IMG/VR virus record: IMGVR_UViG_3300008116_000018
Origin: a virus
Strand: one strand, 5' to 3'
Length of the DNA stretch: 64,000 bases
Below the pieces are notes generated by a model that did not search any database, was not told the DNA's origin, and worked only from the letters and a program-made list of their open reading frames with translations. Within the stretch, counting starts at the first letter, position 1. Each line of letters begins with the position of its first letter. This document shows, piece by piece, positions 44,570 to 54,354 of the stretch. Made by a program: the position numbers and the translations under genes.

Positions 44570-45610
44570 TTATACTGTGAATTTTTGATTATGCGTCATA
44601 AAGTTTTTCTTACGCATAACTGTCTTTGCTACCAAATCTAACTCTTCAGAGTCTCTGTCCCACTTCAAAACGAATGGTAAATTTATCTGAGTTTGCATGT
44701 CATTCAATACTGCTTCTGCATCAGGTCCCAATGCAGGAATCCTTTTGCCATATTTTTGAATAGTTTTCTTGAACAACAACTGCAACTCATCAACTGTAAT
44801 TGGTTTACCATTACGTGAATCATTTACTCTATCCAGAAAGTGCTTAGTGAAAGATACATCAACATTCAATATTTTGAACAATTGGTCTAAATATTTCTCT
44901 AACTCTTTTAATTGAGATTGGGATACTTCTTCAACCAAGTGCCTTGTTTCGAATTGTTCTGTGAACATACCACTTCGCCCATATCGCAAAAAAATCATCG
45001 AGCCAGTTTTATCATCCTGTAGAATGATTGGCTTCTTAGGATACTTTCTACCATACTCACGAATTGCATTTCCAACTTCATCACTACCAACATACTTTTC
45101 ATATTTAAGATATTTCTTTTTACCAGTACGTGCTTTATTGAAACGTTCTGTGTCAACAACAAACACATCATTCTTTGCGAATCTACGTATGAATGCTCTG
45201 CTTGCTGGAGGGTTACCATCTAGTCCCGCAATACCACCTGTCACGTTTGCAATATCTTCTTCTATGCCTTCTGACAAATATGTCTTGCCATTGTAGTAGT
45301 CTAAGAATTGTTCTTCTAGTGTTTCTTCTTTAATGTTCTTTTCTTCTTTGAGAAGGAACAATGCGGCCGCATAAGACGCAAGTTTATTTTTACCGAATGG
45401 CAATTTTTCCAAAACTCGTTTAAGTTTTAGAATCAATAAGTCAAACTTAGTGAATGAATCGTCTTGTACTGGTGTTCTCTTTTCTGAAGGCACAACAATG
45501 TTTCCTTCGTCATCGATGACGCCAGTTTTGTTTGCTTCCCACTCTGCGAACGGTGTAGTAAACAATCTTAAAATTCTATACACTAAGTATAAGTCTACTA
45601 AATTTGCCAC
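44570..45610 (-). CDS. multi-domain T4-like late protein
   Basis: conserved N-domain (FTTPF..W.A...GVID..G); FTKHFLDRVND C-domain. Confidence 0.7.
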   Translation of the reverse strand: MANLVDLYLVYRILRLFTTPFAEWEANKTGVIDDEGNIVVPSEKRTPVQDDSFTKFDLLILKLKRVLEKLPFGKNKLASYAAALFLLKEEKNIKEETLEEQFLDYYNGKTYLSEGIEEDIANVTGGIAGLDGNPPASRAFIRRFAKNDVFVVDTERFNKARTGKKKYLKYEKYVGSDEVGNAIREYGRKYPKKPIILQDDKTGSMIFLRYGRSGMFTEQFETRHLVEEVSQSQLKELEKYLDQLFKILNVDVSFTKHFLDRVNDSRNGKPITVDELQLLFKKTIQKYGKRIPALGPDAEAVLNDMQTQINLPFVLKWDRDSEELDLVAKTVMRKKNFMTHNQKFTV

Positions 45611-45967
45611 TTATATTCTTCTCTTTAAAATGTTATACAATGCCAAGTCCAAAACTTCCACATCTTCTAATTTAATATACTCAAGATAGATTAAAAATGC
45701 ATTCAACACATCGTGATGATTTACATCTATCTTGAACCTTAACATATTGACAGCCGCTTCGACACCAAACACATTTGAAAGAGAAATTATGTGATTCAAA
45801 ATCAATCTCTCTTTCAACTCATCTTTATCTACATATTTGTTTATGAGTCTTTTAATGTACTTAATTATTTTCAAGTCATCAAGAAATTCTAAAACAGATA
45901 CACAATTTGGATTTATGTAGTTGCTTACTGCGTACTCATCAAAGTTATCATTATTTAATATAGACAT
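45611..45967 (-). CDS. conserved T4-like protein
   Basis: YINPNC...EFLDDL...ERLILNHII...NVFG. Confidence 0.8.
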   Translation of the reverse strand: MSILNNDNFDEYAVSNYINPNCVSVLEFLDDLKIIKYIKRLINKYVDKDELKERLILNHIISLSNVFGVEAAVNMLRFKIDVNHHDVLNAFLIYLEYIKLEDVEVLDLALYNILKRRI

Positions 45968-46503
45968 TAGAATGAACTTAGTGCCACTCGCTTGATTGTC
46001 GATGCATCAACAGCAATATACAAATAGCTTGCGTCCCAAGAAATTGTACCCACACCCCAACCAACAGCAGTATTGTTTGAACTTGCTGGAGTTTGTGTTG
46101 TACGAATACGAATAGCGTCAGAGTTAATATCAAGTGCTTCAGTTGGAGCATCAGTCATAATGCCGATCTTATCTGCTGAAGCATCAACATAAAACATGTT
46201 TGTTTGATTGTCAGATGCAATTTTAGTATCGGAATCTGCAAGCGTACTATTAATCGAAACACCCCTAGTCAAAATGGATTGTGTGTTTGATGTTAACGTA
46301 AAGTTGTTTGCACCCAATGATGTAGTGCCACTAGCAATGATGCTAATTGCATTGACATTTAATGCTGATGTTGCACCAAAGAAGTTATCTACAGTAATTT
46401 TCTTACTTACTGGTGAACCTAATGGATCATCGATGATTAATAACAAATCATCTTTTGTTGCTACAGTCGATGCTGTTAGCTGTGTTACTTTTTTATCTGC
46501 CAT
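45967..46503 (-). CDS. virion structural/fibre-like protein
   Basis: MADKKVTQL...DDLLLIIDDP...KKITV; WDASYLYIAV. Confidence 0.7.
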   Translation of the reverse strand: MADKKVTQLTASTVATKDDLLLIIDDPLGSPVSKKITVDNFFGATSALNVNAISIIASGTTSLGANNFTLTSNTQSILTRGVSINSTLADSDTKIASDNQTNMFYVDASADKIGIMTDAPTEALDINSDAIRIRTTQTPASSNNTAVGWGVGTISWDASYLYIAVDASTIKRVALSSF

Positions 46504-46560
46504 TTCTTTTCCTTAATGTAAACCCAATTGAATGGGAATGCTACTTCCGGGACTCGGACC

Positions 46561-46583
46561 AAAATGGGGACCTAAGTCCCCAT
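46561..46583 (-). terminator. intrinsic terminator
   Basis: ATGGGGAC-TTAG-GTCCCCAT then TTT. Confidence 0.7.
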
Positions 46584-46589
46584 GTATTA

Positions 46590-47363
46590 TTAAGCAATCG
46601 TCAATACTGCGTTTGCAGATACTGTGTTTGCACCAGTACCGCCTGTAACAGACATTTGAACACGATAGATAGAACCGCTTACTGCAACTGAAGAGTTTGC
46701 AAAGTTTAGAGTTGTTGTCGTTGTGTTTGTGAATGTACCTGTGTTTGTCAAATCTGCGAATGCTACGTTAGCATTAGCCGCACGTTGCCAACGATAGTTA
46801 ATCGTAGCACCAGTTGGTACAGATGTTGTAGCAATAGTGAATGTGTTTGCGCTACCAGCAGTAACAGTTTTGCTTGTTGGTTGTGTACCAATAACAAGTC
46901 TGTAATCTGGATAAACTGTGTCTTCTGCATCAGTAGTAATTGTAGCAAGTGTGCAAAGAACTTCTGATTTTCTGCGAATGTTTCCGTGCATGTCTGTATA
47001 CACGTTTGTGTAAACCCATCCAGGAATTTCATTATTAGCTGTTGCTTCGCCTGCATCAACGCCATAAACGTTTCCGATGCTCTGTACTGTTGCACCAGAA
47101 CCAGCGGCAAGCCATTTCGGTGATTGTTCTAGCGTAGCACTAACACCTGTAGTATTAGCGATTGCCCAAGCTGGACTAATCGTCAATGCAGTATTGCTAG
47201 TGATTCCGATAATTTTTGCGAAAGTGCTGTTAACGGTAATAACATCACCAACTTGTGCTTCTGTTGTAAAAACTGTGCTAGTGCCAGTGACTGTAGCCGA
47301 ACCGTTTGTTGTTGCTACTGTACCCGTCAATGCAAGTGCTTCTTTGTTTCCCCATAGTGCCAT
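46590..47363 (-). CDS. head decoration-like protein with Ig-like C-domain
   Basis: MALWG start, GWV...RRKSEVL, QP...YRWQ...YRV...S.NAVLT. Confidence 0.75.
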   Translation of the reverse strand: MALWGNKEALALTGTVATTNGSATVTGTSTVFTTEAQVGDVITVNSTFAKIIGITSNTALTISPAWAIANTTGVSATLEQSPKWLAAGSGATVQSIGNVYGVDAGEATANNEIPGWVYTNVYTDMHGNIRRKSEVLCTLATITTDAEDTVYPDYRLVIGTQPTSKTVTAGSANTFTIATTSVPTGATINYRWQRAANANVAFADLTNTGTFTNTTTTTLNFANSSVAVSGSIYRVQMSVTGGTGANTVSANAVLTIA

Positions 47364-47378
47364 GGTGTTCTCCTTTTA

Positions 47379-47873
47379 TTAATATCCTAGTTTTCGTAAT
47401 TGTGAAATAGTGTTCATACTATTTATATGTCGTATTCCAATTCCTCCAGCAGAAACCCATTCTTTGATGTTTTTTTCATAATCATCAATTAATAGATTGC
47501 GGGTTCCGTCCTTATTTACTGCAAATTTCTGTTTATCCTCTCTCGGGACAAGATAAATGTGTTCTACATTACCCAAATGTTTGCGAACCCATTCAATCTT
47601 TTCAGGCTTACATGTCGCCATACGTTTGGATGGTGTAGATAACACAAATGGATTGTGCGGTCTGATATATCTCCATAGCGTCATAGCGTCAGACATAGGC
47701 TCTAAGTTAGCCCAAAACTTTGGAACTTTACTTAGTGCTTCCCATTTGACATTCTTTTCTTCTTGCTGAAAAGGCTGTAGTCCTTGTGCAGTCAATACTT
47801 TATTTGCACCGCCCATAAAGTTGACTAACACTTGGTCCATGTCACAATATATTTGTGGCAATTCGTTATTCAT
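47379..47873 (-). CDS. HAD-family 5'(3')-nucleotidase-like
   Basis: DMDQVL, FWANL, LIDD, AGGIGI.H. Confidence 0.85.
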   Translation of the reverse strand: MNNELPQIYCDMDQVLVNFMGGANKVLTAQGLQPFQQEEKNVKWEALSKVPKFWANLEPMSDAMTLWRYIRPHNPFVLSTPSKRMATCKPEKIEWVRKHLGNVEHIYLVPREDKQKFAVNKDGTRNLLIDDYEKNIKEWVSAGGIGIRHINSMNTISQLRKLGY

Positions 47874-47874
47874 T

Positions 47875-49482
47875 TTATTTTGCCGCATCTTTCAATTCGG
47901 GATTGATTTCGATTGGTTCTTTTTTACCAGTCAATGCATCACCCTTTTGAACTGTAGACTTGTTAGGTACTTCTTCTTCTTTTATTTTTTTCTTAATGTT
48001 TTTGAAAGATTTAGGTTTTTTAGCTTCAAGTACAACTTCTTCTTTGTTTAAAAGATTGTGATAGCGAACTGCTTTTTTCAAGTCTTTTCTTGCGTCTGGA
48101 TTCTTTGGATCACCTGCTTTGTCAAAATGATCGTCTGATTTTGCCTTTGCTTCAATACCACGCTTGATAGCTTTAATCTTATTCATTAAACCTTCAGACA
48201 TTTTCTTTCTAGCGGCTAATGCGGCTAGCTTTGCACGTTTGTCGGCAGCCTCTTTATCATGTGGCTTGTCGCTTGGCTTAACGTTCTTGTCGTATGCGTC
48301 ACTCTCTTCCATATCTTTTGGCTTCTTACCAGCCTTCTTCATTGCAATAGCAATGGCGGCTTGTTGTGCAGGGCTACCAGCTTCATCCAATTGAACTTCT
48401 TCAATGTACATGTTCAACTCATACTTCTGATTGTCCATGTTGTACACTTGAAGATGCAATGCTTTCTTAGATTCTTTGCCGTCTTTCTTTAACTTAACAG
48501 AAAATGAATTTGTTTTGCCTGACGATGGCTTCTTAGGACCGGTCGCAACTTTGTCGTGCCAGTCATCCATGTCTACTTCAAAGCCACGCTTCTCTGCTTG
48601 CTTGATAGCTGTCTGTACTGCACCAGAATAATCTTTGTGATAAACTTCGTAGTCAGACTTCGCTTCATCCATACGCCCATTAGATGCAAGTCTTTCTTTG
48701 CGTCTTTGTGCGGCAAAGTCTGCACCTTGTGGCTGTTTCTTTTTACTACGCAAATGCGCTAAGTCACTGCCATCAATTTTACCATTCTTGTTCTTGTCTA
48801 ATGCTTTTTGTTTTGGTGACAACTCCTCAGTCTTCTTACGTAAGTGTGCTAAATCAAATCCGTCAATCTTGCCGTTTTTGTTTTTATCAATTTCTTTTTG
48901 CTTCGGTGATAACTCTTCGGTTTTCTGCTTTGCATCATTGTCAAATTGTTTTCTAGTTGCTTTCATAATGCCAGAGAAACGCTTGTTACCTTTTTTTATA
49001 TCGCCTGCTTTATCGGCAGCCGTTGCATCAGCGCCAGCTTTCTTTTTGTAGTCTGCTAGTTTATCTGTTGACAATTCGGCAAGTTGAATTTCTTCTTTCA
49101 TGTTTTTTCTAGCAACACGATTCTGTGCAAGTTTAGATACGAACTTAACTTCAGCGCCAGCAAGAGATTGTAAAGATTTCAAATCTAATCTATCAAGCAT
49201 AGCAATCAATTTCTTGTATGTGTCACTTGATGGATCGATTGTATTAATCTTAGAGTACTCTGCTTTCAAAGCGGCGATCTGAGATGGGCTAAAAGATTCT
49301 TCAATGCCTTCTTTGACTTGCAAAGATTTCTTTTGCTGTTGAAGTGCGGCACGTTCTTTCTCTTGCTTCAAACGTAACTGAATTGACTTCAATGTCAATT
49401 GGGCACGTTTCTCAGATTGCTTTGTATCTGCAACTTTTGTTCCAGAGCCAACTTCTGCTTCTTGAATATTTTTATCTGTCAT
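47875..49482 (-). CDS. K/E-rich internal head protein-like polyprotein
   Basis: modules separated by LDE/IEE/LAE sites resembling gp21 cleavage sites; tandem EF-hand-like repeats. Confidence 0.65.
   Translation of the reverse strand: MTDKNIQEAEVGSGTKVADTKQSEKRAQLTLKSIQLRLKQEKERAALQQQKKSLQVKEGIEESFSPSQIAALKAEYSKINTIDPSSDTYKKLIAMLDRLDLKSLQSLAGAEVKFVSKLAQNRVARKNMKEEIQLAELSTDKLADYKKKAGADATAADKAGDIKKGNKRFSGIMKATRKQFDNDAKQKTEELSPKQKEIDKNKNGKIDGFDLAHLRKKTEELSPKQKALDKNKNGKIDGSDLAHLRSKKKQPQGADFAAQRRKERLASNGRMDEAKSDYEVYHKDYSGAVQTAIKQAEKRGFEVDMDDWHDKVATGPKKPSSGKTNSFSVKLKKDGKESKKALHLQVYNMDNQKYELNMYIEEVQLDEAGSPAQQAAIAIAMKKAGKKPKDMEESDAYDKNVKPSDKPHDKEAADKRAKLAALAARKKMSEGLMNKIKAIKRGIEAKAKSDDHFDKAGDPKNPDARKDLKKAVRYHNLLNKEEVVLEAKKPKSFKNIKKKIKEEEVPNKSTVQKGDALTGKKEPIEINPELKDAAK
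48745..48925 (-). repeat. two tandem 90-bp/30-aa EF-hand-like repeats
   Basis: KTEELSPKQK(EI/AL)DKNKNGKIDG(F/S)DLAHLR, two copies. Confidence 0.85.
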
Positions 49483-49496
49483 TTTTTATCTCCACC

Positions 49497-52271
49497 TTAA
49501 TCTAAATCGCTTACGCTTTTGTCTGAACGCCACATTTGGCAAGACCAATAGTTTGCTTTCCACTTTGGTCCGGGATTGTCGCAACCGTGTCTAGCACGAT
49601 AACTCTTTAATCTCTCAGGATCGTCACGTTTGATTTCCATATTGGGATCACCAAAACGAACGACAACAACTTTACCATTTGGTCCCATAGTGTAGACACC
49701 AAACTTCTTCGGACCATCAGATGTTCTGAATGGATCGTTCAACTTAACAGACTTACCTTGATACTCTGCTTCGTTAACAACTTGTTCCCAATCAACTTCT
49801 TCTAGTACTTCTTCTACTTCTTCGTTTTTAGGGCGACAGTCGGGAACCATTCTGTTGCCTTTTTTCTTCATACCAACTTGTTTGTGTGTGTCCCAACATG
49901 CTTCGTCAACGACAGCATTTTCATCACAATCATCACAACATGTTTCTTCAGATTGTCCTGGCGTATCTTTTGCATACTTCTTACGCATTGCATCTGTACC
50001 CCACTCTAATGCTTCAGCAAATCTAGAAAACTCTTCGTTACTTCTAACTTTGGAAGCTAAGTCTTTATCTGCTTTACCCCAAGTGCCAGGACCTTTTGTA
50101 ATGAATGAATTCACTCTAGCAAATGCCCATTGCTGTGGTGTTGTTCCAGGACGATGGCCACCTTGCCATGCGGCCATACCTCTGTCGTAAACTGCTTTGA
50201 GAATGCTATAAGCAATACCAGACTTTTCTGATTTCTTTTTCAAGCCTTCGATTTCTTCTAAGATTGGCTTGAATTCTTCGTAAGCATCACCAAACTCATC
50301 TGGTTCCATTTGACTTGCGTACATATCTAACTCTGCGCCAGAAAACTCACCATCGTCTTCTTCCTCGCCACTATCTTCGTCATCATCTTGATAATCAAAG
50401 TCGCCTTCGAATTCTAAGTAATCACGTACTGTTGAAACGTAATCGGCAGCCTTAGTGATCTTAGATAGAACCCAAGCATCTGGCTCTTCATCCATTTCAT
50501 CCATCATTTCAAGCAATTCTTCTGCGTCTTGAATCATGTTAGAAACTTCAATCTGCGCCATTGACAGTCCATCAGTCTCATCATAGTCATTGTCATCGTA
50601 CTCATCGTCTTCGCCCATGAGTTTCATACCAGTAACGTCTTGAATCATTTTCCAAGCGGCTGATTGATTCTTATCGGCAATAAGTTTCTTGAGTTTTTCT
50701 TTTTCTTGTGGTGTTGCAACTTGGAAGAACTTCATCATCTCCATTGCACCAATGTTGCCTTTGTATGCGGCTTCATCAATAGATTCTTTTTGCAACTGCG
50801 TCTTTGTCATTCTAAACAATGCATCGCTTGAAGTTACCATATCAAGTAGCGTTGTCAACAAATCATTTGTGACATTTCGTTCTGACGGATTCAACATGTC
50901 GCCAGATTTTAATTTCTCAACGGAACGCTTAATGACTGTAAGAGATTTAGTGTCTGCCAATCCCAAACGAACCAATTGATCTAATCTAGAAACTTCTTTT
51001 CTTTCTTCTGGTGTCTTTACTGCTTCACCATACATCTGTTTGAATTTGAGTGTATGCTTTGATTGTTGCATACCTTTTTCTCTTGCCTCTTTGTCACCAG
51101 GCGCATCTTTATATGCACTCTTGTCTGAATCTGATTTTGGTCCAGTTTTCTCAAAGTGTGATGCTCTAGCGTCTTTTGTATCTTTGTCTAAACCAACATA
51201 ATACTTTTTCGGTTGTGTTCCATCTCTCTTTGCAATATCTTTGTCTTGCGGTATAGTTGGTTTCTCAACAATGAATTGCTCGAACATATGATTCAAATCT
51301 TCTCTTTTCATCATCATGTTTTTACGTGCAACTTCTTTACTTCTAGCGGCTGGCACTAAACGTACTGCAAACTTTTTAATTGCAGGCAACATCTTTTGCA
51401 ATCTAGTGTCGATTGCAATTTTCTCTCCAGTACCCAAGTCTGCATAGTTCTTACCACCAGCAAGGCGTCCTCTGAAGAATTGATATGCCATTTTAGCGGC
51501 TCTTCTTTTTAATCTCTTAGGGTCGGCAAAACGTTTTGCTTGTAATGCTCTTGCTCTGACTAAACGCTTTTGAATTCGTTTAAATTGTTGCGCTCTTTGT
51601 CTACGTTGTTTGTAGCCAAGAACTGCTTCGTCTTGTTGTTCTATTTCTTCGTTCATGCCACCACCTATGTATTTGTCTAAAAGTTTTTTCACCTTAGCTT
51701 TACTTCTTGCTTTTGGATATAAATCACTGATGATTTTATCTCTGCCTTCTGAGTCTGCGTCCGAATACATTTTTCTAACTTGACTACCAGAGAATGCTTC
51801 TTTGCCATTAACTTTAAAGTCGTGTTTCTTAGTCACAAAAATATATGCGTGTGTTTCGAATGATTCACATTTATCAATGCTGACAAATGGCTGATAGTAC
51901 GCTGGCGAACCATCTTTCTTTGTGTACTTCATTGGGTCACGTTCAGAACGAACAAGAATGAGAACATCTTTCTTTTCGTCATACTTCTTCATAATCTCTT
52001 CTGGATTAATCGGCTGAACGACCTGAACGAAATCGTCTGTAACTCCTGCTTGCTGTGCTAGGAATTCTTTGTCTTTGAATGGGATTGGGCGAACCTTTGT
52101 GTCGTTGCTAGATGCAACATAAAAGTCTGGAGTGCGAAATTTGGATTTGGCTTGAGTGTAACTACTCAAATGACCGGCGTGAAATGGCTGAAAGCCACCG
52201 CCATATACGACAATTACTTTGCCTTTGGCTTTTGCTTCATCAAGCAATATTGATTCTTTAAACGATTTCAT
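49497..52271 (-). CDS. HxGH nucleotidyltransferase (cytidylyltransferase-like) fused to multiple head-protein modules
   Basis: GGFQPFHAGH, SGSQVR; QQWAFARVNSF and VRFGDPNM...YWSC modules. Confidence 0.75.
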   Translation of the reverse strand: MKSFKESILLDEAKAKGKVIVVYGGGFQPFHAGHLSSYTQAKSKFRTPDFYVASSNDTKVRPIPFKDKEFLAQQAGVTDDFVQVVQPINPEEIMKKYDEKKDVLILVRSERDPMKYTKKDGSPAYYQPFVSIDKCESFETHAYIFVTKKHDFKVNGKEAFSGSQVRKMYSDADSEGRDKIISDLYPKARSKAKVKKLLDKYIGGGMNEEIEQQDEAVLGYKQRRQRAQQFKRIQKRLVRARALQAKRFADPKRLKRRAAKMAYQFFRGRLAGGKNYADLGTGEKIAIDTRLQKMLPAIKKFAVRLVPAARSKEVARKNMMMKREDLNHMFEQFIVEKPTIPQDKDIAKRDGTQPKKYYVGLDKDTKDARASHFEKTGPKSDSDKSAYKDAPGDKEAREKGMQQSKHTLKFKQMYGEAVKTPEERKEVSRLDQLVRLGLADTKSLTVIKRSVEKLKSGDMLNPSERNVTNDLLTTLLDMVTSSDALFRMTKTQLQKESIDEAAYKGNIGAMEMMKFFQVATPQEKEKLKKLIADKNQSAAWKMIQDVTGMKLMGEDDEYDDNDYDETDGLSMAQIEVSNMIQDAEELLEMMDEMDEEPDAWVLSKITKAADYVSTVRDYLEFEGDFDYQDDDEDSGEEEDDGEFSGAELDMYASQMEPDEFGDAYEEFKPILEEIEGLKKKSEKSGIAYSILKAVYDRGMAAWQGGHRPGTTPQQWAFARVNSFITKGPGTWGKADKDLASKVRSNEEFSRFAEALEWGTDAMRKKYAKDTPGQSEETCCDDCDENAVVDEACWDTHKQVGMKKKGNRMVPDCRPKNEEVEEVLEEVDWEQVVNEAEYQGKSVKLNDPFRTSDGPKKFGVYTMGPNGKVVVVRFGDPNMEIKRDDPERLKSYRARHGCDNPGPKWKANYWSCQMWRSDKSVSDLD

Positions 52272-52335
52272 ATGTAATAGAGTTTTCCGTAGACTTATCT
52301 GTTCAGGTTTGCCGTAGCCTAACTGTGTTATAGTT

Positions 52336-52343
52336 TATTTATA
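52336..52343 (-). promoter_or_regulatory. T4 late promoter
   Basis: TATAAATA. Confidence 0.75.
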
Positions 52344-52345
52344 AT

Positions 52346-53140
52346 TTACATGAATGCTAGAAGTATGGGGTCTGCCTTTAATGCTACTTCATCAATTGCC
52401 GCACTAGCGCCTTTTTTAAGGGGTGCAATGTTATATGGGGATTTTGATACTTTACCGAATTGTAACGTCATAACAAACTGATAGTCTCCACCACCCTTAT
52501 ATTGACAGCGAACACGAATAACCGCAGATGCATTCTTAGCAAAATCGGGAATCGGAGAATTCTTGTTTGCTTTGAGTTTTGGCTGTAGACCCAATAAGTC
52601 TTTGCCTGCTAATGTAAAGAATCCGTGAGTTCCCACATTGATATACGAACATTTTTTTGCAATGTAATAGTCACATATTGCTTTTGCTGGAATAGGCACA
52701 TGCACTTCATTTTGCGCCCCAAACTTTTCTAAATCTGATTTGTATGCGGCCGCCTTATCTTTAGCACCAACTATGACTTTTTTACCTCTTTCATCATTTT
52801 GCAAAGAAGGCACCTTACCACGCCAATCTTTACCGTGAGTTCCACTAGTGTTCATCTCTTTTAGCAAATTGAACTTCTTTGCTAATTCAACTAAGAATTC
52901 TTTCTCAGGATCAGTTCCAATGTCACCGAATTGCCACTTACCATCGTAGTATTTCATAACTAAAGAACCAGCGGCAGTCGGTGAATTTTTAAGTTCGCAA
53001 CCAGTAGGCTTTTTACCTTTTGCTTGAATAGTCAAATCTGGTTTGTCGTGTGATGCGCCGGCAGTTCCACCCGTTGAAATCTTATATTTGTTCAACGCCT
53101 TATATGCATTCTCTTCGTATAAAAAGCCTTCTTGTGCCAT
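52346..53140 (-). CDS. PD-(D/E)xK nuclease-like protein
   Basis: GFLYE...PDL...CELK. Confidence 0.65.
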   Translation of the reverse strand: MAQEGFLYEENAYKALNKYKISTGGTAGASHDKPDLTIQAKGKKPTGCELKNSPTAAGSLVMKYYDGKWQFGDIGTDPEKEFLVELAKKFNLLKEMNTSGTHGKDWRGKVPSLQNDERGKKVIVGAKDKAAAYKSDLEKFGAQNEVHVPIPAKAICDYYIAKKCSYINVGTHGFFTLAGKDLLGLQPKLKANKNSPIPDFAKNASAVIRVRCQYKGGGDYQFVMTLQFGKVSKSPYNIAPLKKGASAAIDEVALKADPILLAFM

Positions 53141-53159
53141 TTTTTATTCCATTTAATTA

Positions 53160-53483
53160 TTATACTGTGAAACTACTACCACACCCACACGTTTGTTTTG
53201 CGTTAGGATTGATAAACACAAACTCTTTACTCATCAACTTTTCTTGATAGTCTATTGTTGCACCTTGAAGATATTGCATACTCGTAGCATCTACAAGTAC
53301 TTTAAATTCTCCAAGAGAAACTTCAAAATCATCTTCGTTCATTATTTCATCGAATGTAAATCCGTAGTTGAATCCCGAACATCCGCCACCTTGAATGAAT
53401 GCTCTCAAAGATAGATTTGGATTATTTTCTTCCATCAACAAGTCTATGATTTTAGACTTTGCAACATCTGTTATTGTAATCAT
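53160..53483 (-). CDS. erpA: A-type Fe-S carrier (ErpA/IscA)
   Basis: [11 protein letters not shown]...SMQYLQGA...[14 protein letters not shown]. Confidence 0.92.
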   Translation of the reverse strand: MITITDVAKSKIIDLLMEENNPNLSLRAFIQGGGCSGFNYGFTFDEIMNEDDFEVSLGEFKVLVDATSMQYLQGATIDYQEKLMSKEFVFINPNAKQTCGCGSSFTV

Positions 53484-53835
53484 TTATAGCCGCCTTTATA
53501 GCATCTTCTGCAAGTATTGAACAATGAATTTTAACCGGTGGTAAGGCAAGTTCTTCAGCAATTTGTGAATTAGATATCTTTCCTGCTTCGTCAAGTGTTC
53601 TGCCCTTGACCCACTCTGTAACAAGACTGGAACTTGCAATTGCACTTCCACATCCGTATGTTTTGAATTTCGCATCTGTAATTACTCCATCTTCTACTTT
53701 AATTTGAAGTTTCATAACATCGCCACACGCTGGCGCACCCACCATACCCGTACCTATGTTATCGGCATCTTTGTCGAATGATCCCACATTTCGTGGATTT
53801 TCGTAATGATCTAAAACTTTTTCAGAATATGACAT
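53452..53835 (-). CDS. iscU: Fe-S scaffold IscU
   Basis: [37 protein letters not shown]. Confidence 0.96.
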   Translation of the reverse strand: MSYSEKVLDHYENPRNVGSFDKDADNIGTGMVGAPACGDVMKLQIKVEDGVITDAKFKTYGCGSAIASSSLVTEWVKGRTLDEAGKISNSQIAEELALPPVKIHCSILAEDAIKAAINDYNNRCCKV

Positions 53836-53896
53836 ATTTACCGTTAAAAATAGTTACCCGATGTATACATAAAGGTGTCCGGTTTCAAATTAAACC

Positions 53897-54346
53897 TTAT
53901 TTAGATCCCCATACAATGTACCATGAAATCCAAGCGGCTACAAAGAAACACCAAAATTGAACCCATCTAACTTTTGACAACTCAGCATCAAAATACGCTT
54001 TGTCTGCTTGTTCTATCTTTTCAATTTCATTCTTAATCTGAATAACTTTATCCCACTCTTTAGTTCCGTACTTCTTTACAAACTCTACCCTTAATTTGTA
54101 CTCTTCTTCCGATATTTGCTTGCGGTGTCGGTACTCTTCAAGGGCTTTAAATATTGCTTTTTCTTTTCTTAACTCTGCTTCTCTGCGTTCACGAATTTTT
54201 GCATTCGCTCTTTCTTTTGCAACATCTACCGCTTCCCTTTGAACATCTTCGATATTCTTGCCAATTTCTCTTCCGGCTTCTCTTCCAGTTTTAAAGCCTT
54301 CGCTTATACCCTTGGCACCAGCCAAGAACCCAAATTCATCTGGCAT
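53897..54346 (-). CDS. coiled-coil protein with C-terminal TM
   Basis: amphipathic N-terminus, KKYG..EW, TM. Confidence 0.7.
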   Translation of the reverse strand: MPDEFGFLAGAKGISEGFKTGREAGREIGKNIEDVQREAVDVAKERANAKIRERREAELRKEKAIFKALEEYRHRKQISEEEYKLRVEFVKKYGTKEWDKVIQIKNEIEKIEQADKAYFDAELSKVRWVQFWCFFVAAWISWYIVWGSK

Positions 54347-54354
54347 GTCTCAAC

